Part shown: in pieces, positions 1 to 12,987 of the stretch
How positions within the stretch are numbered: the stretch's first letter is position 1
Layout: every line of letters starts with the position of its first letter
Source: Octopus vulgaris
Taxonomy: Eukaryota
Reading direction: 5' to 3'
DNA: 64,000 nucleotides
Assembly (NCBI GenBank): GCA_951406725.2
Contig: OX597818.1
Location: forward strand, 129,828,001 to 129,892,000
Notes under the pieces: generated by a model
The model's database searches: none
What the model was told of the DNA's origin: nothing
Seen by the model: only the letters and a program-made list of their open reading frames with translations
Made by a program: the position numbers and the translations under genes

Positions 1-480
1 GGGGACAGATGGAAAGGCCATGGAGAAGGAAGGGCACAAATACAGAATGGTTAAGAAGAAGAAGAAGAAGAAGAAGGACGATAATGATGACAGTGATAAT
101 GGTTAAGATACATAAAAAATAAGCAAAATAAGCAGCAATAAAACTAGATAAAGAAGATAGATGCAGAATAAGGTAAAGCAAAGCAAATATGAAGAAAAGA
201 AAGTAAATAAGAAAAAAATAAAGAAAAAAATAAAAGATCGGAGGAGAGAAGAGAGACAGGATGGAGATGGGGTGAAGAAGAAGAAGAAGAAGAAGAAGAA
301 GACTGTAATAGAAATGGGAGTGGATGGGTGGTGGTGAGTGAAAAGAAAAGCGAGCAAGGAAGTTGTGAAGAAGACAGTAAGGAAGGAAGGAAGGAAAGAA
401 GGAAGGAAGGAAGTCATGAAGACATAAGAAAGGAAAGGAAGAAAGAAAGCCGAGTGAGAAAGGAGAGAAAGGAGGAAGGA
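1..480. repeat. Purine-rich (GAA)n/(GGAA)n low-complexity tract
   Basis: Runs of gaa and ggaa; explains the spurious F/L/S-rich ORF 103..417. Confidence 0.85.
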
Positions 481-964
481 TGTCAGTAATCTGTAAGCTA
501 GATAAAACCTGCATATTAGCTAAGCAAGAACAGGGAAAAAAAAAGAAACAAAAACAAAAACAAAAATAATAAAACGCCAGTGCGCTGACACGTCGTCAGT
601 GCGTGCAGTCAGCCATGCAAGCGCTACCATGCACATAAAAGCTTGTTTGTCGCTACAGCTTGTAACAAGAAGACAATAGTGCGGAGAGGTGGTGGTGGTG
701 GTGGTGGTGGTGTTGGTGGGGAACATGGCAGGGTGTGTGGATATGTGTGGTGGTGGTGGTGGTGGGCGAGTATGAGCTACGGACGGACCGGACGGACGGT
801 GTTTGGGTTGTGCGGAGTGTACAGTGTGAGGTTTACAGTATATATATATATATATATATGTTATTCCTGCTTGTGAGAAACAAGACAGTGTTTACGTTTT
901 TTTCTTTTTTTTGTACATGTGTAAGAGATTTTGAATGTATGTGTTTGTGTCTGAATGTATGCTC

Positions 965-1010
965 ATGTATGTGTGTGTGTGTGTGTATGTGTGTATCTAT
1001 ACATGTTGTG

Positions 1011-1045
<35 letters not shown>

Positions 1046-1081
1046 ATATATATACATATATATATGTATATATATATATGC

Positions 1082-1137
<56 letters not shown>
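965..1137. repeat. Compound (TG)n/(TA)n microsatellite, representative of many such tracts in the window
   Basis: Seen directly. Confidence 0.95.
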
Positions 1138-1139
<2 letters not shown>

Positions 1140-1140
<1 letters not shown>

Positions 1141-1326
1141 GGTCCCGGGTTGATTCGGGGTTAACCACAGTAAGTAAGGTACTCAATACATAGCAGAGTA
1201 AAATTAATTTATTATATAGAAGGAGCTTCTACAGGACTAGTACTGTTTCATTCAAGAGAAATCTTCAGCTTCCTGAAGATTTCTCTTGAATGAAACAGTA
1301 CTAGTCCTGTAGAAGCTCCTTCTATA

Positions 1327-1336
<10 letters not shown>
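1140..1336. mobile_element. Penelope-like (PLE) end fragment with a perfect 64-bp inverted repeat, inserted in (TA)n
   Basis: Arms 1205-1268 and 1273-1336 with loop cttc; each arm carries CTGAAGA..GAAAC..GTC. Confidence 0.6.
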
Positions 1337-1374
<38 letters not shown>

Positions 1375-1375
1375 A

Positions 1376-1545
1376 ACACAGAAGTGGCTGTGTGGTAAGT
1401 AGCTTGCTTACCAACCACATAGTTCCGGGTTCAGCCCCACTGCGTGGCACCTTGGGCAAGTGTCTTCTACTATAACCTCGGGCTGACCAAAGCTTTGTGA
1501 GTCTATTTGTTAGATGGAAACTGGAAGGAGCCCATTGTATGTATA
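1376..1545 (+). mobile_element. tRNA-derived SINE family A, 5' half
   Basis: gtggctgtgtggtaag..gggttcagcccc..ccttgggcaagtgtc matches the full copies at 10410, 37805 and 59829. Confidence 0.85.
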
Positions 1546-1561
1546 TATATGTACGTATATA

Positions 1562-1760
1562 CAGGGGTTGGACAAAATATTGGAAACACCTAGCATCATA
1601 ATTTTGAAATATCTATAAAACCATCAAAAACTTGTTTATTTTTATGTTTTTTGATTTATTATTAGTGTTGTTTAATATGTTTTACTTAAATTGCTGTTTC
1701 TTTTCAGATATCATCAGAAAAAGGTTACTAAAATTCATTAAAATGACAGATGTATCGGAC
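1562..1760 (+). mobile_element. Tc1/mariner-like left end
   Basis: ta|caggggttggacaaaata..gaaacacc resembles a TIR start after TA; no partner TIR found. Confidence 0.45.
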
Positions 1761-1878
1761 ATAAAGGAAAGAAAGAAAACCAACTTTTTGACAAATATCG
1801 TACTAGTTTAATGCAATATCATTCTCATCACCATCATCTATATATGTCTGTATGTGTGTGTATATATAGACACACACT

Positions 1879-2240
1879 GGCACAGGTGTGACTGTGTGCC
1901 AAAAAGATTGTTTCCTAACAACATGGTTCCAGGTTCAGTCCCACTGCATGGCACCTTGGGAAAATAAGTGTCTTCTACTATAGTCTCAGGCCAACCAAAG
2001 CCTTGTGAGTGAATTTGGTACAAAAAAATTGACAGAAACCCATCGTTTGTATGTATGTATATCCATCCATCCATGTATATATATATATATATATATACAT
2101 ACATAAATTTACATATTTATGTGTTAGTCTTTGTGCCTGTATTTATTCCCCCAATCATCACTGCTTGATATCCCCTGTTGGTGTGTTTATGTTCCTGTAA
2201 CTTAGCAGTTTGGCAAAGACAGACCAATAGTATGAGTACT
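1879..2240 (+). mobile_element. SINE family A, diverged
   Basis: Head, ccttggg core, internal microsatellite and 3' body are recognisable. Confidence 0.8.
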
Positions 2241-3747
2241 TAGTGCTCCAATAGCACGGATGGCAGTCATCGAATTTGATTTCGATTTCGATTTCACTTG
2301 CCTCAACAGGTCTTCACGAGCAGAGTTTAGTGTCCAATGAAGGAAAGGTACACATAAGTGGACTGGTTACATCCCTGGCATAGGCCACAAGGTTATGGTC
2401 TCACTTGTGCTTGCTGAGTCTTATCAAGCACAGCGTCATCATTTAATGTTCACTTTTCCTAGCATGGATCAGACAGAGTTTGTTGAGGCAAATTTTCTAC
2501 AGTTAGATGCCCTTCCTTTCATGAACCATCGCCTGTTTCCAAATAAGATATTTCCCATGGGCAGACACCTTTTCCACAAATGATTAGAGATGAACAATAT
2601 TGCTTCTTTCATGGTGACATTCATTTAGAACCAGGACATGATTCATGATCACACACACACACACATTATATGCTGGACTTATATAGTTTCTATCTATCAA
2701 ATCCATTCACAAGGCTTTGGTTGGCCCAGGGGTTATAACAGAAAATTTCTTAGCACTTGCACAAGGTGCTATACAGTGGAATTGAAATGGAAACCATAAA
2801 GCTGGGAAGCAAGCTTCTTGACGACACAGCCACAATAATGAGTATTTGTCCAACCCATGCAAACATGGAATAATGGATATGAATGTAGCAATTAAATGAA
2901 TCAATCTCACAAAATGAAAGATGCTTATAATTTTTGTAAGGAATATAAATAATATGAAGAGGAAAAGTACCTCAGAAAACAATATTTTGCCCACTAAATA
3001 CAAACATAGTAGAGTTTCACATATGTTATATAGTGAGTTAAAAAAAAAACTTCATTCAAAAGAAATTGTCCATGCCCTTAGTAGAGAAAAGCTTCTGGAA
3101 GAGTAAAAAGGATTGAAAGGAATTCAGCAGTGTATCAGGAACATGTAAGTGAGATTGTAGTAGACAGTTGACAGTAAAATAATTTCAGTACTATATCATG
3201 GTTCTGCAGAATTTACATTTTTGACAGTTGAAGCCACTGTATAGATGAGGGGTGGGGGTAAGTGATAATATGGTTAAAAGGGCACAGTTGTTAGAGCTTT
3301 AGAAAATAGGTGCTATTTTGAGGACCTTACTAAAGTGGGATATGATTGGGGAGAGGGCACACCTAGGTCACAAAGTTACTAGTAGGCAATATACTATAGT
3401 TTGTAGTATAATATGAATAAGCTATCTGTGTAAAGAAACACTATTTGTCATTGACTAATTTTCTCATAATTATTTCAGTAACAAAGGTGTCAACAATGGA
3501 CGTTTTAGTCTTATTTTGACTGTGTCAAAGAACAAGCTGGGAAGTAATGGTATGAAAACCACTTAGTAAATGTACAAAATTGTACACTAGCAGATCAAGA
3601 AAATCCCATGTGGTTACAGAATAAATTGCTCAAAGATGCCATCTGCATGAAAAGCAATAGTTAAGTTCAACATAAAGAGCATTGAGATATTAAAAGGTAA
3701 AAAAAACAACAAAATATGTCAGAGTTATCTCTTGTACTTATTGAAAT

Positions 3748-4135
3748 GGAGGTGCAATGGCCCAGTGGTTAGGGCAGCGGACTCGCGGTCATAGGATCGC
3801 GGTTTCGATTCCCAGACCGGGCGTTGTGAGTGTTTATTGAGCGAAAACACTTAAAAGCTCCACGAGGCTCCGGCAGGGGATGGTGGTGATCCCTGCTGTA
3901 CTCTTTCACCACAACTTTCTCTCACTCTTACTTCCTGTTTCTGTTGTACCTGTATTTTCAAGGGGCCGGCCTTGTCACTCTCTGTGTCACGCTGAATATT
4001 CCTGAGAACTACGTTAAGGGTGCACGTGTCTGTGGAGTGCTCAGCCACTTACACGTAAATTTCACGAGCAGGCTGTTCCGTTGTGTCGGATCAACCGGAA
4101 CCCTCATCGTCGTAAACGACGGAGTGCTTCCATCC
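3748..4135 (+). mobile_element. tRNA-headed SINE family B (probably octopus OR-type), tail type 1
   Basis: A box tggcccagtgg, B box gtttcgattcc, 12-bp TSD acttattgaaat (3736-3747 / 4136-4147). Confidence 0.92.
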
Positions 4136-4819
4136 ACTTATTGAAATACTTAAAATAATATCAAAGACTAATATTTTTCTCCTTCACCTTGTTTTTCATG
4201 ATTCCTGCACTAAGTATGTTAACTCTTGCTACACTGTAGTTGCCATGATTAAGAAGCTTGTGAATGATGACTCATTTATGAGGTGTTTCAGTATATCAGA
4301 AGAAAGCGAGATTCAAATCTATTGTACTTCTAATATTTATCAAGTCTTATTACTTTGAATCGGTTGTTTGTCTTTGACTGGACAACAACACTTCAGTAAC
4401 TGATTCCAATCCAAGATTCAAACTCAAGATTGGGAGAATGCCAAAGGCTATGTCAAACATCTATCCAGTCAGTTTAGTGCTTCATGGTCGAGTTACTCCT
4501 TATTTAATCAATCTGCCATTTATTGTGATCAAAGCAATGAAAAGCGAAATTATAGCAATGAAATTTAAGCTATCAAATTCTATGTAAGCTTTTAACTAGT
4601 TACCAGTAAATATTAATCCTGGTGATCTTTCAACACAGAAAACTGAACTGTTTACAGATTTCATCTTCAGATTTTCTTATATCTTGCACATTCTTTTATT
4701 CCATTGGATTGTCAGATAAATTCGTTCACTGCCTTCCAGCGCGTTATTTGAATTAACACACAAAATATTTTTACCTTCATACTTTTTTTCTTTGTAGCTC
4801 CATCCCAAAACCAAAGGGC

Positions 4820-5090
4820 CACATAAAAAGCACTGGTGTGAGTGCTGGTACTATGCAAAAAGCACTAGTGATGGTGCCAAGTTAAAAGCATACATAGAAT
4901 TTGATAGCTTAAATTTCATTGCTATACTCTGTAAAGTGGTTGGCATTTTTGAAGGGCATCCAGCTGTAGAAACCAATCCAAAACAGAATATGGAACCTGG
5001 TGCAGCCCTTGGCCTTACCAGTTCCTGTCAAACCGTCCAACCCATGCCAGCATGGAAAAACTTTAATTGTTGATGATGATGATGATGATG
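4820..5090 (+). mobile_element. SINE family C (GGAAGGGCATCCAGCTG core, (GAT)n tail)
   Basis: Same core and tail as the copies at 27880, 33455 and 60510. Confidence 0.8.
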
Positions 5091-5164
5091 TTAATGATGA
5101 TTCTTCCTCTACAACTTTTGTTTATAATTTTGGAAATTTAAATAAATTTTAGCTATTTTTCAGA

Positions 5165-5445
5165 TAAAATGACAAATAGAAAAAAAAATTAGCATTTTCA
5201 ATACCTGATTCTCTTCATGTTCAGTCAAGGTACCAAAGTTGCCCAAGCCTCTCAAGACATTTGCATTGTGTACAGAGAAGATGCTGTTACTAGAAGAAGT
5301 GCACAAAAATAGTTTTTCATCCGTTAAGGAGGGGAAAGTTTGACTATACAGACTCTCCGCACGTCAGCTGACCTGTTCATTTCAATGAAGATTAACTGAA
5401 AGAGCTCACCCACAAGAATCCATGCCAATCCAATAGGGAATTAGC
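5165..5445 (+). pseudogene. Mariner (Mos1-like) transposase N-terminal HTH relic
   Basis: Translates HFQYLILFMFSQGTKVAQASQDICIVYREDAV..LKELTHKNPCQSNRELA with stops and frameshifts. Confidence 0.7.
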
Positions 5446-5623
5446 TAGTGATGGTGCCAAGTTAAAAGCATACATAGAATTTGATAGCTTAAATTTCATT
5501 GCTATACTCTGTAAAGTGGTTGGCATTTTTGAAGGGCATCAAGCTGTAGAAACCAATAAAACAGAATATGGAACCTGGTGCAGCCCTTGGCCTTACCAGT
5601 TCCTGTCAAACCGTCCAACCCAT
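5445..5623 (+). repeat. Local duplicate of 4865-5045
   Basis: Near-identical ~180 bp, including a private 36-bp insertion. Confidence 0.92.
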
Positions 5624-6308
5624 AGGTTACTCTCGTGATACCTTCACCCCTTACCTTCACTTGATAGGTAAGGTACAAAATAAATGGTAAAATATGAATT
5701 TGACAACCCAATACAATTTTTCATCCTGGTTTGAATTTTTGAACTGTAACAATCCTGGGGTACTACATTCAAGGACTTCAGTTCATTATATACACACTAC
5801 CATATTGACTGGTTCTCACTTTAATGACTTTGTAAGGGTGAATATCTAACCTACACCTTTGTAAAAGGATAAACCTCAGACTACCAAATAACATTTGATT
5901 GGTGTATTGATTTTTGTTTGGACACACATGCACACATATAGAAGTGTGTGTGTTGACAGGGGTGTTATTTCAAAACCAAGATCAATGTATCAATCACATA
6001 TCTAGTTAGTAATCTAAATTCTGTCTAGTAGATCTCTCTCTCTTTCCCTCCCTCTATCTGTTTATCTACATGCATATGTGCATACATAACATAGGTACTG
6101 CATAGGTATGGCCTATATATGACCAAACAGTTTCTGTATACCAGTTTTATTCACAAGGCATTGGTTGAACTGAGGCTACAGTAAAAACACTTGCTCAAGG
6201 TGTCATGCAGTGAGACAAAACTCAAAACTATGTGGTTACAAAGTGAATGCAGTATCTATGCAACCATGCATGATATATATATATATATACACATATATGT
6301 ATATATAT

Positions 6309-6356
<48 letters not shown>

Positions 6357-6399
6357 TTGCATATATATATATGTATTTATCTATCTATCTATCTATCTG

Positions 6400-6696
6400 T
6401 GACGTTCTGTTTTTGTTATTATTATTATCATTATTGTGTTTACGTATTTTTGCATTTTTATTCGTGTAACATCGTCCGTCTTTCCGTCCTTGTTTTGTAT
6501 ACATTTGAGGCTTTCTTGCTTGGGTTAGATTTTCCTTTGGGGCTGGCCAGATCAGAGCAATCTCAAGATTAATCAGCCGAAATTGCGAGGATGATCCGGT
6601 TCTTGACTGAAGATTGAAGGCTTCAAATGTCCTGTCCGTGTTTTTTGTATCGTCTTCTAAATGTTTTGCGTTCTTGTCCCAGTTTGTATTTTTTTT

Positions 6697-6700
<4 letters not shown>
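6400..6700. mobile_element. PLE-like non-autonomous fragment between (TA)n tracts
   Basis: GC-richer insert in TA repeat with degenerate hammerhead-like motifs (ggctg..cagccgaaa; ctgaaga). Confidence 0.4.
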
Positions 6701-6728
<28 letters not shown>

Positions 6729-6729
6729 C

Positions 6730-7085
6730 GCTTTTATCTTTTAATTGTTTCAGTCATTTGACAGTGGCTACGCTGGGGTACCACCTTAAAGGGTTTTAGT
6801 CAAACAGACTCTAAGAATTGAATTTTTTAAACCTAGTACTTATTCTATCGGTTTGTTTTACTGAACTGCTAAGTAACAGGGACATAAATATATGCGTGTG
6901 TGTGCTGTGTTTGTCTCACACCACCACTTGACAACAGGCTTCTTTCAGTTTCCATCTACCAAATTCACTCATAAGGCTTTGGTTGGCTTGAGGCTATAGT
7001 AGAAGACAGTTTCTCAAGGTGCCACACAGTGGGACTGAACTCAGAACCATGCGGTTGCGAAGTAAACTTCTTACCACACAGCACA
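6730..7085 (-). mobile_element. SINE family A
   Basis: Reverse-complement match to family A head and tail. Confidence 0.85.
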
Positions 7086-8464
7086 CCCACTGTATACTGC
7101 TAAGATTCACTCCCACACACACCAACACACACTGTATATTGCTGAGATTCACTCAAAAATTATTCCCATTTAAAAAAAAGTATTTAAAATTTTAAACAAA
7201 ACAAAATGATGAAAAACAATGACGTGTATTTTCTTGTTTAAAGAGCCATGCCCAGACATATGTAGAAAATAATGCTCAATCTGTATGTTAAGATCTAATA
7301 TTAGATCAGGCTGAATGCAATCCAAATAATTAATACGTATTCCTAAGACGATGGATGGATGGTTGTACATAAATGTTAGTAAGAATGAAGTTATTAGTGT
7401 CCGTTTTTTAATGACTGGGTAGAGAGTTTTGAAAAGTTTAATGCTTTGAAAATTATGTTCCCAAAAGATAATTTTCTATAAAATTTCTATTTAATTTACT
7501 TCATTGTTTTCCTCAACAAATTCTATCAATTGCAATGATATTAAATCTACGACAAGGCTGAAGTGGAAGATGAAGATAACGATAATGATCTTCATCATCT
7601 CTAAAATGTTTATTGTTCATTTTGGTTATTTTATGATGAATAAGGGTGGTTATTTATTTCAGTTTGTTATTGTTGTTGTTGTTGTTGGAGTTTGCTACTT
7701 ATGTAGGGTTTGGCTAAAATGTTTACTCTTCTTTTTGAAAAGTTTTTAAAAGTGAATTAAAAAAAAAAAAATAAACATTATTATTTATTATTTTAATTTT
7801 TTTTTTCCTGAGTTCAGTAATTACATGACAAACTTTAAACAAGCAACTATTTCCCTGTGAAGTAGACTGAAACATATTGAGAAAAGAGTTAAAAATAGAT
7901 TTTTACTCAAGGAATACAAAAGGACAAATATATATATATATATGCACACACACACACATATATACACACATATACACTATGCGAGAGAGAATGGGGAGTG
8001 AAAAGACTGGTCTTGCAAGCTTCATTACAGCATCAAATAATCTTGGTCTTCTAATGGTTGTATGGAAGAAAGAAATGAATAAGCAAGAAGATGAAGAAGA
8101 ATGAAATTGAAAAATATATTATACTGATGACTGCATAGTTAAGAAGTTTACTTCTCAACCATGAACTTTTTGGATTGATCTTATTGCATGGTGCCTAATA
8201 AACATTTCCTGCTATAGCCTCAGCTTCAACAGTATTCCATAAGAAGGTTTTGGTGAAGATTAGAAGGAAGTTGTGTAGGAGACTGTCACATGTATATAAG
8301 TGTTTATGTGAGTATGTATTCTTGTGTCTAATTCTCTGTGTGTATCATTTCTCATTATAGCAGTGTCCTAGCATGGCATTAGTCTCATGAATGAAGCATT
8401 CAGAGTTCACATCTCATGTGAAGCGTCTTCTTATTTCATTTTTGGTAGCCGGTTATAATAAGTG

Positions 8465-8712
8465 CATGTTATATGCAATGGCATATTTTAGTCATATTAT
8501 GAGAAGAGAATCCCTGGAGAAGGACATCATGCTCAGAATGGTCAGTGGCAAGAGAGGAAGAGGCCGACCAAGAATCTGCTGGCTTGACACCATCAAGAGT
8601 GATACCAGAATGGACATGGCCAATCTGAAGGAAGTGGCCCAGGATAGAACTGACTGGAGGACACTGATCCAACGAGTGACCGAGAGTCGACTTCGACTGA
8701 GCGGATAGAGAG
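8465..8712 (+). mobile_element. RTE-clade LINE ORF2 C-terminus, 5'-truncated
   Basis: YFSHIMRRESLEKDIMLRMVSGKRGRGRPRICWLD..AQDRTDWR is a typical RTE/BovB-like C-terminal region. Confidence 0.88.
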
Positions 8713-9159
8713 ATATAATTTAGATCTATCCAACTGATTGTATATTAAACCAACAGGGGAGCCTATGTACAGTCATTTAACTTGATAGAAGTAGTAGCCA
8801 AACTGCTCTCACAATACACCCAAAGAAAGAACATCTAAGATGAGTTTTCCTCATAGTGTGTGGGGGGTGTTGTGAGGATTGAAAGGGGGAAGACAAATTG
8901 AAGTATTAAAAAAAAATTAAGATGGTTTTAAGCTTTCGGCAAAGGAGAAAGAATTGTATAGAAGCAAATGCTAGTTAATCTTCTCATTGATAAAAATGGA
9001 TATTGAGGCAAAAATTTCATTAATATCTTGATGAAGAGGCCCTGATATTTGTCAGTTTAAGAACCACTGTTTTTGACAATCCAGTCCCAGTTATAAAAAT
9101 GTGATAGTCAGAATGTCTTTGATCATAGGTATCTTCAACCAGAACTGATTTGGGTTTAA

Positions 9160-9375
9160 ATAATCCTTTCTAATCTTGGCACAGGTCCAACAATTTTGAG
9201 GGGAGGGGAAGTTAACTACATTGGCCTCAATGCTCAACTAGTACTTATTTTATTAACTCACAAAGGGATGAAAGGCAAAGTCAACCTCAACAGTAATTGA
9301 ACTCAGAACATAAAGAGCTCGAAGAAAAGCTGTTAAGCATTTACTCCAGAATGGTAAAGATTTTGCCAGCTTGCC
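9160..9375 (-). mobile_element. SINE family D (CTTTCATCC..GGGGTCGATAAA..AGTACC core)
   Basis: gatgaaaggcaaagtcaacctc..gaactcagaac. Confidence 0.75.
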
Positions 9376-9469
9376 AACCCTCTGGGTTTAAATAATGACA
9401 ACAGATAACTAGTCGTACTTTCATTTCCAAAAGATTTCTTTCAGTTGCATAAAGAATAAACATACACAT

Positions 9470-10358
9470 ACAGGGCAGGTTAAGACCCATTGAGGCCCTA
9501 AGCACTTAAAAGGATTTTGGTGCCCCCATAAAAGATTATGTAATTCAAAATATAAACAATGATAAACCATAAAATAAATTCTTATTTTTCAAAATAAAAC
9601 AAGACAGTAAGAGGGAAAATAATGTCTATTTTTGTATACTTGATTTATATTTGAAAAGTTTCCTCCTACTTTTTTGAATTGCAAAGTATTTGATCAGATC
9701 CTCAAAATTAATATAAGGTAACACATCTGCATCTATACTAAGTAGATATAGAAGCATCCCGAAAAATAATAATAATAATAATAATAAAACATTGTGTACA
9801 GTGCTCAGGTGCACTACAACTCATCTAAAGTGTATGTATAGTACATAGGGTAATGTACAAGCATCAGGAAAAGAACAGTGCATGAGTCATGACATACACA
9901 TGTGTGCATGAGTATGGAAGGGGGACAATCAGGTGTAGTTTCGGCGGATTTTGGAAAGCATGAGGGCCTTAAAGGATGCAGTGTCATGGCAGTCAACAAC
10001 TGACGCAGGCAGTTTATTCCATGCTTCAGCAACTCTGAGCGTGAAAAAATGTTTCCGAAAATCATGGGAGCTGTGTTGTTTTCTGACTTTGTAGGCATGT
10101 CCACATGTGTTGGACACATGGAGATCAAAAAAGTGTTCAGTGTTGTTGTTAGTGAGGTGGTTGATAACTTTGTGGGTGTTTACCAAGTCCATCACCAGAC
10201 GCCGGAACTTCAGTGAATCCATGCCCAGGGAAACAAGGTACTCAGAGTTTAAAGTGATTTCTTTTGTGCTGTAAACCATTTACCATTTCTGTGGTGCCCG
10301 CTCCTTCCCTTGATGCCCTAAGCATGTGCTTATTTTGCCTAATGGTTAATCCAGCTCT
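9470..10358 (-). mobile_element. Internally deleted hAT element, interrupted by a CR1 fragment
   Basis: Imperfect TIRs cagggcaggttaa / ttaatccagctctg; 9626-9760(-) encodes LSIDADVLPYINFEDLIKYFAIQKSRRK, resembling the hAT dimerisation-domain C-terminus. Confidence 0.65.
9765..10250 (-). mobile_element. CR1-clade LINE 3' end with (ATT)n tail
   Basis: SLKFRRL..NTCGHAYK..RKHFFTLRVAEAWNKLP is a CR1/L2-type C-terminal motif; second copy at 49203. Confidence 0.85.
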
Positions 10359-10409
10359 GCAGACACACTCGTATATTTATATATAATGAATTTGTGATGT
10401 TGTGTATAC

Positions 10410-10813
10410 TCTCTTTACTCTTTTACTTGTTTCAGTCATTTGACTGTGGCCATGCTGGAGCACCACCTTTAATCGAGCAACTCGACCCCGGGACTTATTC
10501 TTTTGTCAGCCCAGTACTTATTCTATTGGTCTCTTTTGTCGAACCGCTAAGTAACGGGGACATAAACACACCAGCATCGGTTGTCAAGCAATGCTAGGGG
10601 GACAAACACACACACACAAACACACACACATATATATATATACATATATACGACGGGCTTCTTTCAGTTTCCGTCTACCAAATCCACTCACAAGGCTTTG
10701 GTCGGCCCGAGGCTATAGTAGAAGACACTTGCCCAAGGTGCCACGCAGTGGGACTGAACCCGGAACCATGTGGTTGGTAAACAAGCTACTTACTACACAG
10801 CCACTCCTGCGCC
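10410..10813 (-). mobile_element. SINE family A, full length, young
   Basis: Complete head (..ccactcctgcgcc) through tail with CpGs retained. Confidence 0.92.
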
Positions 10814-11369
10814 TGTTGAAAATAAACACAATAACAAGAGAATGCAAAAATGTAACAGCCATAATATATATACATAATAAAAATGATAAATGAAAATAAG
10901 AGATAAAAGGAATATCAAGGTAGACTATGAGTAAATTTCAAGTTCACAAACTGTTATATCAGAGAAAAAAGATTTAAAAAACAAAAACAAAAAAAAAACA
11001 GAGATTTGTTTGAGAAGATTCATTTAGGTTTCCCTCGAGTGATTTCTACATTCACTAACTAACACTGACAGCAAATATTGACTTTAAATTTTAAATGCAG
11101 TGATACAACTGGGGGCTGATTATTTATTTTCTGTTTTCTAAATAGTTGTTTGAGTATTAAAGTATCAGAGACAGTTTATTTTTTTTTTCTGTCAACAAGT
11201 TAGTAGAGGGAGTAGGAGGCCAGTAGGGAAATTATAAATGTAAATCAACTTAGGAAGGAATCAAACTTATAACAAATGTAGCAAACTTGCTTACTCTTTA
11301 CATATTGTGATCGTCTCTAAATAGTTATGTCGTATTTGCGTTTCCTGTAAACAATGCATCATACAGTAC

Positions 11370-11790
11370 TTTTATCTTGTATCTTTAGCTTGTTTCAGTC
11401 ATTGGACTACAGCCATGCTGGGGCACCATCTCCTGAAGGCTTTAGACAAAAAAATCAACTGCGGCACTTAATTTTCTGAGTGTGATACTTAGTCTACTAG
11501 TTTCTCTTACCAGACGACTAAGTTACATGGACGTAAACAAACCAACACTGGTTATCAAGCAGCAATGGAGGAACAAACACAGGCAACGCCAACCAGCATC
11601 TCCTCCCATCCTATACCCCTACACACATATATACAAGCCAGGTTTCCATACAATTGCCATTTAACAAATTCGATCAGAAGACATTGGTTGGCACAACAGA
11701 AGACACTTGCCCTGGATACCACACTGTAGAACTGAACCTGAAATCACAAGGTTGCTCAAGCTGGCTTCTTAACTACACAGCTAGCCCATG
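11370..11790 (-). mobile_element. SINE family A, diverged
   Basis: tgtttcagtcattggac..agacacttgccc..actgaacc. Confidence 0.75.
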
Positions 11791-12559
11791 CTACACTTTT
11801 AGCTTGCGATCAAAGACAATTCAGTTATGACCACCAGACCTTCATTTCAGATATCATATCTTTACCCTTTTTTTTAAAGATGTCCTGTGATTTTTCTTGC
11901 CAGTAGTGTAGCTAGAGTGTGTGCTACCCAGAGTGGCCCTTCAGTTTTCCACCCCTGGGCCCCCACAAAAGATACATATTGTAATGACTGAAAGAAGCCC
12001 ATTGAATATATATATATATATATGTGTGTGTGTGTACTTGTGGATCTGTGTTTGTTCCACAACCATCACTTGACAACTGATGCTGCTGTATTTATGTGCA
12101 CGTAACTTAGTGGTTTGGTAAAAGAAACCAACATAATAAGTATTAGGCTTACAAGTAAAAGAGTGAAAGAGTAATATAAGTAATTAAATACAGATAATGT
12201 GAATTTATTTCCATGGTCAGGTGATACATATGACATCTCTCATTTGCAATGTCCTTCATATTCAGGTAAAAAAAAAAGAAATAATGAATTCTTTTTACCC
12301 CTATAATACCTAATTAAAGTTGAATAAAGGTCGGTAGAGGAATTAACAATTTTGCATTCCAGGATGAAATCAAAGTGAAGAGACTGAGAATAAAATAGTT
12401 TACAATGATACCTCATGACTAATTTTAAAATGTATTAGTCAAACCATAACTATATCAGAAAGCTCTTACACATAGCTCTGTGTTGTGAGATCAAATCCAA
12501 TATGGCATGGTTGTGATGTGGATTTCATAACCACAAGGCACCAACATCTGGGAAGACAA

Positions 12560-12830
12560 ATCTGTATTGCTGTCTTCCACACACAGGTGCTGGTGCTTTG
12601 CTAATGCTCCTGTGGCAATGGTGCATAAACACACCTGTGTTGGTGGCACATAAAAAACACCCAGCACACTCCGCTAAATTGGTTGGTGTTAGGAACGACA
12701 TCCAGCCATAGAAACCATATCACAACAGACATCTGGAGTTTGGACAGCTCCCTGCTATCCAGCTCCATGTCAAACCGTCCAACCCATGCCAGCATGGAAA
12801 GAAGACGTTAAACGAAGATAATGATGATAG
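12560..12830 (+). mobile_element. SINE family C
   Basis: ggttggtgttaggaac..ccgtccaacccatgccagcatgg. Confidence 0.75.
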
Positions 12831-12987
12831 CTAGACTTGTTAAACAGGCCATGTATGTATGTATGTACATGCTTCTGTGTTTATGTAGGACTAGGGTTGC
12901 ATCAAAAAACGTAACTTAAATATCACCTAATATAATAATGAGCATAGTGTTTTTATATATTTGTCTATATATATATATATATATATA

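Noticed and set aside
3748-3820. Functional tRNA genes at SINE heads (also 30358, 36007, 58545, 61305)
   Set aside because: They continue into repeat bodies, most with TSDs, and lack a clean cloverleaf and terminator
10591-10893. Recurrent ORFs such as RRASFSFRLPNPLTR..VPRSGTEPGTMW (also 30550, 31682, 63737)
   Set aside because: Antisense readings of SINE family A, not a gene family
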